Below are positions 8,219-16,094 of a DNA stretch of 20,000 bases, piece by piece. The stretch lies in the IMG/VR virus record IMGVR_UViG_3300045391_003788; one strand, 5' to 3'. Within the stretch, counting starts at the first letter, position 1. Every line of letters starts with the position of its first letter. The notes under the pieces are model-generated. The model was given only the letters and a program-made list of their open reading frames with translations. It was not told the DNA's origin and ran no database searches. The translations under genes were made by a program, and so were the position numbers. The DNA is from an uncultured virus (IMG/VR IMGVR_UViG_3300045391_003788) (Duplodnaviria > Heunggongvirae > Uroviricota > Caudoviricetes).

Positions 8219-8251
8219 GGCGGACCCTCAGTTCTCCGATTGACTCTCGGA

Positions 8252-8383
8252 TCAGTTTTCGGGATAGGGCGGGTAGACCTCTTCCAGCGGAACGGGCTTC
8301 TCCCAGTAGCCGGTGGGGGTGTTCTCCTCGACCGGGCCGCCCGCAGGCTCCACGGACTCCTCGGCCTTCTTCTTGTCGGTCAC
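8252..8383 (-). CDS. 43-aa acidic, Pro-rich hypothetical protein (not in the ORF track)
   Basis: Strong AAGGAGG RBS and GTG start; MTDKKKAEESVEPAGGPVEENTPTGYWEKPVPLEEVYPPYPEN; fills the gap in the operon. Confidence 0.7.
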   Translation of the reverse strand: MTDKKKAEESVEPAGGPVEENTPTGYWEKPVPLEEVYPPYPEN

Positions 8384-8393
8384 GGTTCCTCCT

Positions 8394-8687
8394 TCAGATC
8401 GAGAACGACGACGGCTGGACGCTGATCTGCGTTTCGCTGGCAGCGTCTACGACACCGGCGGCGTCCCCTCGGAAAATCCAGGTACCCGGGATGTCGACGT
8501 CCACCGACATCTCGAAGAACCCGATGTCGCGCCGGGTGAATTCGGTCGTCGGGTAGGTGATGACCGTCTCGGACCCGGTCGGGTCCTTGATGAAACATCG
8601 GGCGACGACCGGGTCGGTGGGCACACCCAGCAGGTAGAACTTGATCTCTACGGTGATTCGCTGCCCGGGGTAGATCAGGTCGGCCAT
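8394..8687 (-). CDS. small Ig-like virion/adaptor protein
   Basis: 97 aa, beta-strand pattern (PTDP...IKDPTG...GFFE...PGTWIFR); tightly coupled to its neighbours. Confidence 0.6.
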   Translation of the reverse strand: MADLIYPGQRITVEIKFYLLGVPTDPVVARCFIKDPTGSETVITYPTTEFTRRDIGFFEMSVDVDIPGTWIFRGDAAGVVDAASETQISVQPSSFSI

Positions 8688-8688
8688 C

Positions 8689-9747
8689 TCAACTCCGTCG
8701 CACGCGAATGATGACTTCGGATGCCTTCAGGGCGACCACCCGGGCGATACCCGGCCGACCGAAGACGCGACCCAGTGGGGTCAGAGCCAGTGTGCCAACA
8801 GATGTGATGGAGCCGGTGAATAGGCGAATGAACTTCTTCGAATACGTACCGACCGCTGTCGTGCTACCGATGAAGGGATTCTTCAGAATCGTCTTCCGCA
8901 GTGTTGCAGTTGTCGAGATTGTCCCGGTCAGCACCTTGTTGGCCCGCTTCAGGAAGGCCCCGGTCGCGGTGCATGAACCGGTGAAGACCTTGACGACGAC
9001 CTTCAGGAACGTGGCCGCACCGGTTGCCGTCGATGAGCCGGTGAACGGGTTCTTCGTGACGTTCTTCTTGAAGGCGCCGGTCGCGGTGACCGACCCGGTG
9101 AAGTTCTGGACGTTGCCGGGCCGCAGCGCAACGGTGATGCCGGTCATCGACACCGCTGCCGACGGGTTGACCGACCAGGTCTTGGTGCCGACGCTACCCG
9201 CCGTGGCGCGCAGTTCCTGATACATCGCCCCGCATCGGCCGGTACCGGCAGCGGAGTACGCCTTGACCAGGGTCGATCCGGACGGCGGGACCACCGTACG
9301 AGTCGCGGTGTCCGCTCCGAACAGGTACAGCGCCATCGCGCCGTTGGTCACCGTGCTGTAGGCGCCGACCGTGATCGAGGTCGAGTTGTTGCCGCCGGTC
9401 ACCGCCGTCGCGTCGACCGGCGTGGTGGGGTGCACGCCACCGTAGGCCTGCACGATGGCCGTCATCCGGTCGGCGGTCTGCCCGGAGGAGGCGGACGGGG
9501 CGGTCAGCGACCCGTTGTCGAACTTGTAGTAGGTCGCCACCGTGACCGGGTCGGCCGAACCGAAGGCGACCGGCGTATGCAATTGCGTCCAGCCCGACGG
9601 GCCGGTCAAAGTGCCGGTTGCGTCGAACGTCATGATGAATTGGGCAACGACGAGGTCGCCGGTCACCCTGTCCGAGGGCAGGGAGCCGCTGATCGATGTG
9701 GTCGAGGAATTCTCGGCCACCGTCGCCGTGCGACCGGTGATCGCCAT
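8689..9747 (-). CDS. putative virion fibre/appendage protein (N-terminal Thr/Ser-rich beta domain plus six C-terminal repeats)
   Basis: 352 aa; GDLVVA...PSGWT...YYK...AYGGV domain followed by six FTGSxTATG-like repeats. Confidence 0.6.
   Translation of the reverse strand: MAITGRTATVAENSSTTSISGSLPSDRVTGDLVVAQFIMTFDATGTLTGPSGWTQLHTPVAFGSADPVTVATYYKFDNGSLTAPSASSGQTADRMTAIVQAYGGVHPTTPVDATAVTGGNNSTSITVGAYSTVTNGAMALYLFGADTATRTVVPPSGSTLVKAYSAAGTGRCGAMYQELRATAGSVGTKTWSVNPSAAVSMTGITVALRPGNVQNFTGSVTATGAFKKNVTKNPFTGSSTATGAATFLKVVVKVFTGSCTATGAFLKRANKVLTGTISTTATLRKTILKNPFIGSTTAVGTYSKKFIRLFTGSITSVGTLALTPLGRVFGRPGIARVVALKASEVIIRVRRS
8775..9102 (-). repeat. six imperfect 18-20 aa tandem protein repeats
   Basis: Repeat starts: FTGSVTATGAFKK / FTGSSTATGAATF / FTGSCTATGAFLK / LTGTISTTATLRK / FIGSTTAVGTYSK / FTGSITSVGTLAL. 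Confidence 0.8.
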
Positions 9748-9772
9748 TTTTTCTTACCCCTAGGGGTTTAAA

Positions 9773-10471
9773 TCAGCCGCCCGACGGGAAGGTAAGTTGG
9801 TAGGTGGCCGCAATCGACTCGGACGAGGCCAGGTTGACCACCGAGAACAACGAGCGGTCCAGCATGACGCCCGAGCCCGACGTCGCGACGGAGAAGATGC
9901 CGTGCTCGGTGGCGGCGACCGTCGCGGAGACGGTGATGGTGGCAGTGGTTTCGTACGTCTTGGAATCACCGGACTTCTCGCCGAGCGTTCCAGTCGGGCG
10001 AGTGTTCGACGACGAATACTGGGTGGTCAGTTCGGTGACCAACGCGGTCTGGGCGGCGGACTCGGCGGTTGTGCCGGTGCCCAGGCCGTGGAACTTCATG
10101 TTCTCCAGTTCCACCAGGTTCTGGAAGGCATCCACGATGTAGCCGACACCGGTGTCCGTCACCACCCGGCACGAGGCCAGACCGAGGTCTTCCATCGTCC
10201 CGTCGTTGCGGAACACGCTCAGCCACAGGTGACCGATGGCGAACAGACGACCGTGGTCAAAAGCGTCCTGGTCGACCAGGGAGCGCTCGAAGTTCTCGTC
10301 GAGGTTGGCCTGCTGCCAGGCCCGACGCATCGCCGCCATGCGGTCCCAGAAGCGGATGGACCGCTGCGGGGTGCCGTAGCGAACGGCGTCGTCGAGGTTG
10401 CGGATGACGGGACGCACCGGAGGGACCAGGCGCCGCATCGACACATTGCCGGTGGGCTGGCTCGTGCTCAT
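9773..10471 (-). CDS. putative collar/fibre-attachment structural protein
   Basis: Start reassigned to ATG 10471 (GGGAAGAAGGAA upstream; avoids overlap with the adaptor). Motifs HGLGTGTT...TALVTE...TEHGIF...GVMLDRSLF...ATYQLTF resemble tail-collar/fibre N-terminal domains. Confidence 0.6.
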   Translation of the reverse strand: MSTSQPTGNVSMRRLVPPVRPVIRNLDDAVRYGTPQRSIRFWDRMAAMRRAWQQANLDENFERSLVDQDAFDHGRLFAIGHLWLSVFRNDGTMEDLGLASCRVVTDTGVGYIVDAFQNLVELENMKFHGLGTGTTAESAAQTALVTELTTQYSSSNTRPTGTLGEKSGDSKTYETTATITVSATVAATEHGIFSVATSGSGVMLDRSLFSVVNLASSESIAATYQLTFPSGG

Positions 10472-10484
10472 TTCCTTCTTCCCG

Positions 10485-11006
10485 TCAACTGGTGTGGTTA
10501 ATGACCACGGAGTCAGTAACCGACGCATTCGGCGTTAGATCGCTCGCCTCACTGTCGTCAATGTCATACCTACCAGACCCGTATGCGGCCGAGCGGGTCC
10601 AGCGCGTGGAGTTCACGGTGCGCAAAGAACCGGTTGTCCCGGTCCCATAACCGGCCGCCGCCATGGCCTGATCGATATTTGCGAAATCGAGAATGGAAAG
10701 CACCATTCTCGGACGAGGAGTGTCCCGCTGGAATTGCCAGCCGATGGACACACCGCCGTCGGAGGTGACCGACTGCTGGGACAACAGGTCGGGATTGGCC
10801 AACACCCGGATGACCGCCTCGCAGACCGTCATGACGACGACCCGCTCGGGCACCGACCCGTTCGCCACGGCGGCGGCCAGGGACGGGCGGTTGATGTCGA
10901 TCAGGGTGATGGCGTCATCGATCAAGGTGACCGCGACGTCCGATTCCGCGACCGAAAGGGGACGCCAGCGCTGCTCGATGTCGGGAGTGCCGACGGAGTA
11001 GGTCAC
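10485..11006 (-). CDS. head-to-tail adaptor (gp15/gp6-like connector)
   Basis: DIEQRWRPLS..E...A.TLIDDA and V.CEAVIRVLANPD motifs of actinophage Gp19/Gp15/Gp42-type adaptors; AAAGGGG RBS. Confidence 0.85.
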   Translation of the reverse strand: MTYSVGTPDIEQRWRPLSVAESDVAVTLIDDAITLIDINRPSLAAAVANGSVPERVVVMTVCEAVIRVLANPDLLSQQSVTSDGGVSIGWQFQRDTPRPRMVLSILDFANIDQAMAAAGYGTGTTGSLRTVNSTRWTRSAAYGSGRYDIDDSEASDLTPNASVTDSVVINHTS

Positions 11007-11030
11007 TGGCGTCCCCTTTCGCTAGATCAC

Positions 11031-11438
11031 TCAGGCGGTGCGGGTGACGACGACCTCGACCTCGCCGCCCGGGTCGGTGATCCCGGTGCCGACGTGGAGG
11101 CTCTGGAACTGGAGGATGTCGCCAGCGGCCACGACGAGGTTCGCGGCGGTGCCCGAGAGGGTCACCGCGATCTCGTCGAACGCCACCAGGTTGGTGCCGG
11201 ACACCAGCGCGAGGCTGGCGACCGACGTGGAACCGGCACCGGTCTGACCCTTGTTGACCAGGTTCAGGGTGCGGCTGTTGGTGTTCGCGCCGGACAGCGC
11301 GGCCACAGGCGAGTAAGAAACCGAGGAAACGGTGCCCGCCTCGGTGACCTTGATGGAATACGAGGCGTCGTTACCGGCCGTCGAAACGGCGGCAGTCTGC
11401 GCCCGGTAGACCGTGGTCTTGGCAGCCAGGTCGGCCAT
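11031..11438 (-). CDS. probable capsid decoration/cement protein
   Basis: 135 aa, Ala/Thr/Ser/Val-rich beta protein directly after the major capsid gene; GAGGGG RBS. Confidence 0.55.
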   Translation of the reverse strand: MADLAAKTTVYRAQTAAVSTAGNDASYSIKVTEAGTVSSVSYSPVAALSGANTNSRTLNLVNKGQTGAGSTSVASLALVSGTNLVAFDEIAVTLSGTAANLVVAAGDILQFQSLHVGTGITDPGGEVEVVVTRTA

Positions 11439-11456
11439 GACTAAGTCAGTCCCCTC

Positions 11457-12470
11457 TCACGGAAGCGCGATGTAGGCGACCGGGTAACGGCTCGCCTCCA
11501 CCGGACGGTCGTTGTTGATGGTGTTCACGACCTGCCAGCCCACGCGGAAGGTCAGACGCACGGCGGTCATGTCCTGCTGAGCGAGGTTGAACATGATCGC
11601 GCCGGTGTTGTCCTGAATGACGGCCTCGGTGAGGATCTTCAGGCTGATGTCCTTGCGGACCGCGACGACGAACTGCGAGAAATCGCCACCGATGACCCGG
11701 GGAGAACCCGAAGAAGTCGCCCAGAGACCACGCATCGGGTACGAGATGGGGTGCCCGTCGAGGGTCCGCAGGTCGGCGCCGATGCGCACGCCGCCGTCGG
11801 TGCGGTCGCCGAGGGTGTTGCGGGTCTTGCGCAACTTGGTCCGCAGCGAGGTGGCACCGACCCAGCCGGACAGTTCGAAACCGTCCTGCTCGACCTTGTC
11901 GTAGAGGTCGTCCACGTCACCGAGGAAGCCACCGGCCGCCGCCGCGTTCGTGCCCTCCGTGACCGAGTTGGACGCCGAGTTGGCGGCCGACACGACGTAG
12001 GTGGGGAACGAGGAGGGAGCGTTAGTGCCGAAGAAGACCGCCTGGTCCAGCACTCGGGCGAAGGCCTCCGCAAGAAGCGGCTGCGCCTCGTCCCAGATGT
12101 TCGCGTCCACGTCGTCCAGGACGTTGTCCGGGACCGGCATGATGACGGCGATCTCTTCGATGTTCAGGTACTTGTTCGACCACGCCATCTCGGTGGTCTG
12201 CTTCATGCCCGAATCGCCCGCAACCCAGTAGGCGGCCGGGAGAGCCGACAGAACAGGGAATCGGATCTGTGCCCGGGCGACCGGGATGTGGCGGAACAGG
12301 GAAAGGGTCGCCGAGGACTCGACGGCCTTCCCGAGCATGATGTCGCTGACTTCCTCGGGAATGAGGGCAGCGGCGTCGGTCCGGTTGGTGCTGTTGTTGT
12401 ACGCACCACCGGAGTACGGGTAGATCGGGGTCCCGTCGGCTCGGTAGCCGATCGGCGTGAGGCTCGACAC
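11457..12470 (-). CDS. major capsid protein (HK97 fold)
   Basis: 337 aa; ALIPEEVS, AYWVAG.S..K, EEIAVIMPVP..VLDD, FARVLDQAVFFG, GDFSQ, NLAQQDMTAVRL motifs; GGAGG RBS 7 nt before the GTG. Confidence 0.95.
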   Translation of the reverse strand: MSSLTPIGYRADGTPIYPYSGGAYNNSTNRTDAAALIPEEVSDIMLGKAVESSATLSLFRHIPVARAQIRFPVLSALPAAYWVAGDSGMKQTTEMAWSNKYLNIEEIAVIMPVPDNVLDDVDANIWDEAQPLLAEAFARVLDQAVFFGTNAPSSFPTYVVSAANSASNSVTEGTNAAAAGGFLGDVDDLYDKVEQDGFELSGWVGATSLRTKLRKTRNTLGDRTDGGVRIGADLRTLDGHPISYPMRGLWATSSGSPRVIGGDFSQFVVAVRKDISLKILTEAVIQDNTGAIMFNLAQQDMTAVRLTFRVGWQVVNTINNDRPVEASRYPVAYIALP

Positions 12471-12535
12471 GACAGACCTCCAAGGGTGAATTCAGGGGTG
12501 GTGCAGCCCCAGTCGTGTCGGGTGCTGGCGCTGCG

Positions 12536-13201
12536 TTAACGGCGTCCGCGACCTGCTGCATCACGGATGATGTCGTTCATGCTCCGAGGCTTCCCAGAAG
12601 TGGGGCCCCGAACACCGCCCTCGAAATCGACCCTGCGTGAAACCTTGGCCAGGTGGGGCTTTTCGCGAAGTAGATCCGAGAGATCCCGCTCGATCGACCG
12701 GGAGTCGACCTCGCCGTCCTCGTCTACGTCGTAATCGCCCGCGTTCAGGAACTTGACCGCATCCCTGGGGTCGGCGAACTTGTCCGCCGCCAGGGCCCGA
12801 ATCTCCGCATTGACGATCCGGGTGTTGGCCTTGTCGAGAATTTCTCGCTGGACTTGGCGGACATCCACCTCGTCCTGCTTCTTCTCGGCCTTGTCGGTCT
12901 TCGCCGCCAGCGCCGCCCGGACCTCGTCCGGTGACGTGACGCCCAGTTCCTTCGCCAGGACCCGCCAGGGACGAAGTGCATCCCGGGCCGCCTTGGCCGC
13001 CGCACGCTCTGCCTCGATCGCCTTCCGCCCACCGGGCGTCAGGCCATCTCCGGTTTCGTTCTCCTCGTCCTCGTTCTCTTCCTCGGATTCCTCGCCCCCC
13101 TCTTCGCCTTCGGCTCCGTGGTATCCCCAGAAGGGGGTGCCATCGGCCCGCAGGCCCAGGGGAACGATTTCCTCGGTGGTCTCAGACAAGTCGAACTGCA
13201 T
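12536..13201 (-). CDS. capsid scaffolding protein
   Basis: 221 aa; acidic N-terminal tract, GRKAIEAERAA coiled coil, FADPRDAVKFL, LLREKPHLA, C-terminal MNDIIRDAAGR; GAAGGAG RBS. Confidence 0.9.
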   Translation of the reverse strand: MQFDLSETTEEIVPLGLRADGTPFWGYHGAEGEEGGEESEEENEDEENETGDGLTPGGRKAIEAERAAAKAARDALRPWRVLAKELGVTSPDEVRAALAAKTDKAEKKQDEVDVRQVQREILDKANTRIVNAEIRALAADKFADPRDAVKFLNAGDYDVDEDGEVDSRSIERDLSDLLREKPHLAKVSRRVDFEGGVRGPTSGKPRSMNDIIRDAAGRGRR

Positions 13202-13265
13202 GATTTCTCCTTCGGGGGCTACGGCATCACGCCGTTGATTCCTGGAGCCTCACGCTCATCAGGGA

Positions 13266-14339
13266 TCAACGCAGAATGTACCCGAACCGAGTAAGCGAAC
13301 GGCGAACTTCGTCACTGTTCCCGTGAGCATCCCGAATGATCTGCCAAGGTGTTGGCCGAGGAGTCCTGCCTCCATTTGTGTTCAGACCCCTGGTCCCGGT
13401 CGTGGTATATCGCCGACCGTCACCAGCAATGGTGATCCCGCCCTTGCGACCCACATTGACAACCGATGACATGCTCGCGCCCTGGCGGATGGCCTCGGCA
13501 TCCGCCTTGCCGAAGACGGCGTCCTGCTGGCGCGGCTCCAGGGACTTGAAGTACGTCTCCGGATCAGTAATGAATTCGTCGGCAATCTCTTGATTGACCG
13601 GAATATGGCGACAATCGCATCTCAAATGCCGCTCGAACCCCGCACTCCACCGGTAGAAACGCCCGGCCAGGATGATGCAGCGCGAGCACGACGGAGTGAC
13701 CAGGACCCGGGTGTAGCCGAGTTGGGGGTGCCGGGAGCGGGACCGGCGGCTTACCTTCGTCAGGCGGGCACCGGTAGGAGATGTCGAGGGTGAGCCGGTG
13801 CTCGCACCAGCCAAGGCCACCTGATCCGCCGCCCGACCGGCGTCCGGGATCTCCGAGGTGACCACCGCACGCAGAAACGACTCGCCTGCCTCCCGCGCCA
13901 CGGCGGGGCTGTCGCCACGCCGGGTCCGGATCGAGGCCTGGATCGGGGCACCCGCGAGCAGGGACTCCAGGTTCCGGCCATCCGCCGCCCGGCCCGCGAA
14001 CGACGACGGCACCACCTGCGGCACGTCCGCCCAGTCCGTGCCGCCGACCTCCAGTGCGGTCCGGACGTAGGCGGTCGCGTCGGCCGCCGCCGACTCCTGG
14101 GCAAGCGCGAGCAACACGAAGATCCGCTCGCCGAGGCCCCGGGTGAACCACGACCCGAACCAGTCGGCGGTCTCCACCTGAGCCCAGACGGCAAGGATCG
14201 CGGTCAGCGTGGCGACGGTGAGGGCGCCCTGCTCGGCCTGATGGGCATCGGCGACGGTCTGGACGGCCTGGACCTGTTGCTGGACCTGTTGCTGGACCTG
14301 AGGATTGGGCGCCGGGCGTTCACCCGGCCCCGTCGTCAT
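13266..14339 (-). CDS. MuF-like minor capsid / capsid maturation protein
   Basis: Between portal and scaffold; DAGRAA...GYTRVL..PSCSRCIILAGRFY...FERHLRCDCRHIP (CxxC...HxxCxC) signature. Confidence 0.8.
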   Translation of the reverse strand: MTTGPGERPAPNPQVQQQVQQQVQAVQTVADAHQAEQGALTVATLTAILAVWAQVETADWFGSWFTRGLGERIFVLLALAQESAAADATAYVRTALEVGGTDWADVPQVVPSSFAGRAADGRNLESLLAGAPIQASIRTRRGDSPAVAREAGESFLRAVVTSEIPDAGRAADQVALAGASTGSPSTSPTGARLTKVSRRSRSRHPQLGYTRVLVTPSCSRCIILAGRFYRWSAGFERHLRCDCRHIPVNQEIADEFITDPETYFKSLEPRQQDAVFGKADAEAIRQGASMSSVVNVGRKGGITIAGDGRRYTTTGTRGLNTNGGRTPRPTPWQIIRDAHGNSDEVRRSLTRFGYILR

Positions 14340-16066
14340 CCGCCGCTACCGGACGACGAGCCTCCGCCTCGGGGTCGGCCGTTCTTCCCCGGACGCCCTT
14401 GCTGCCCTGAGGCACCGGGTGCGGTGCCGGGTGTCTGCCGGTTGTTGTTGACGGGGTTCTTGCCGGTGCCGCCGTTGTTCACGCCCGCCGTGGCGGTTCC
14501 GCCCGGACCGTTGGGACTACCGGGCGGAGTCAGCGGGATCGGCGAGTTGCCACCGGCGAGCGCCCGGTACCGGGACGCCAGGATCTTGGTCTCGTCGTTG
14601 GCGTTCGCCCGCGAGGCGGCGTCGTCCTGCATCCGCTTCCAGCGCTCGCGCTCCGGCGGGGTGGCACCCCAGCGCTCCCACAGCGCCTCCTGCGGGACGC
14701 CGAGAGTCGACATCTTGGTCAGTGCGTCGACCAACTCGCCCTCGGTGCGGTGCTCGGGGTTGCGCCAGATCGTCTCGATCGTCTCGCCGTCCGGGGTCGG
14801 CAGACCGGCCAGTTTCCGGGCGGTGCGCATCGCCCGCTCCAGCGGGTCGTCGATGTTGCGCATCCGCTGCCGGACCTTGGCGACCAGGCCAGACTCCGAC
14901 GCCTTCAGGGTCTGCCCGTTGACGTTGCTCATCTCGCCCAGCAGGTACTGAGCGGGCGTGCGAGTGCGGGAGGCAATGTCCTTGACATCCTCCTTCTTCG
15001 CCGACGAATACGGGTCGAGAGCGGCGGCTTCCCACTGGCCGAAGTTAGTTTCCACCACCTCGGTGGTGACAATCCGGTTCCGCCCGGTCTCGATAGTGGG
15101 ATTGGGATTGCCATTCGAATCGTGCGTCGGCCAACCCGAGATCCACTTTTGCGGGAATGCCCCGTAGTCCTGGGTTACCAGGCGGTCGGCAATGGTCTTG
15201 TTGATTCGATCCTGAATATCGGTAATGTCTTCCAATTCACTACGACCACCGGTTAGTAGTCGCGGATTGTTCGGGAGTTCATAGATCGGCACCTCATCGA
15301 GGTCCGTTGGCGCAGGCCATGATTCACCCGCGACCTCGCGCTGAGTCCACAGCGGCTGGATGAGTTGCTGGAGACGAAGCCGCTTCTCCAGATCGTCAAG
15401 GGGCACCCGGCTCTGCGCATCCTTCGGCCTGTTCTGCTTGTACTTGTAGACGCTGACCGAACCGTCCGCCTCGACCATGTACAGAACCGCGTGCACGGTC
15501 GCGGTCCAGTCGTCGTCGTAGACCTTCAGCGCCGCCGCCACCTCGCGCCGGTTGGTGCCCGGCACGTGCTCGACGATCGTCTGCATCGGGTGCTCGACGT
15601 ACATCAGCGGCGTGCTCGGATCCTTCACGTTCGGCAGCACGCACAGGTAGGAGACGCCCGCGATGGCGGCCTCCAGCAAGCCCTTGTCGAACTCGCTGTC
15701 CATGTTGTTCGCGGTCCAGATGCGCCACGTGTCCGGGTCCGAATCCGGCGCGATATCGGCCTGCGAGGCGGACTCGTTCGGTCGGTCGGCGCCACGGCGG
15801 GAGGGCGAGCCGAGGCGGAAGCCGTCGACCATCATGCGCTCGACCTGCGCGTCCACCACGAGTCCGCAGTAGTTCGACCGAGACATGTGCAGGATCTGCC
15901 GGAATTCGTCCTCGGCCTCGGGGTGCAGCCAGGGCAGGGGGTGCTGACCGGTGTAGTAGTCGTTGTAGAACTCGATCCGCTGATTCCGGCGCACCAGTTG
16001 GCACCACAGGCGGTGAGCCCACCACTCCGGGCTCAGGGGCTCCAGAACAACCCGATCGACCGCCAC
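14336..16066 (-). CDS. portal protein (SPP1 gp6-like)
   Basis: 576 aa; YYTGQHPL, NYCGLVVDAQVERM..DGFR, WRIWTANNMD, NNPRL..GRSE, IQDRINKT, AFPQKW, ALWERWG motifs; follows TerL. Confidence 0.95.
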   Translation of the reverse strand: MAVDRVVLEPLSPEWWAHRLWCQLVRRNQRIEFYNDYYTGQHPLPWLHPEAEDEFRQILHMSRSNYCGLVVDAQVERMMVDGFRLGSPSRRGADRPNESASQADIAPDSDPDTWRIWTANNMDSEFDKGLLEAAIAGVSYLCVLPNVKDPSTPLMYVEHPMQTIVEHVPGTNRREVAAALKVYDDDWTATVHAVLYMVEADGSVSVYKYKQNRPKDAQSRVPLDDLEKRLRLQQLIQPLWTQREVAGESWPAPTDLDEVPIYELPNNPRLLTGGRSELEDITDIQDRINKTIADRLVTQDYGAFPQKWISGWPTHDSNGNPNPTIETGRNRIVTTEVVETNFGQWEAAALDPYSSAKKEDVKDIASRTRTPAQYLLGEMSNVNGQTLKASESGLVAKVRQRMRNIDDPLERAMRTARKLAGLPTPDGETIETIWRNPEHRTEGELVDALTKMSTLGVPQEALWERWGATPPERERWKRMQDDAASRANANDETKILASRYRALAGGNSPIPLTPPGSPNGPGGTATAGVNNGGTGKNPVNNNRQTPGTAPGASGQQGRPGKNGRPRGGGSSSGSGG

Positions 16067-16094
16067 GGATGCTCCATTTCGCCCGGACCTTCAA

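Noticed and set aside
14268..14300. 12-bp tandem repeat (about 2.75 copies) encoding QVQQQVQQQVQ
   Set aside because: Short in-frame coding microrepeat in a disordered N-terminus; no spacers and no sign of phase variation.
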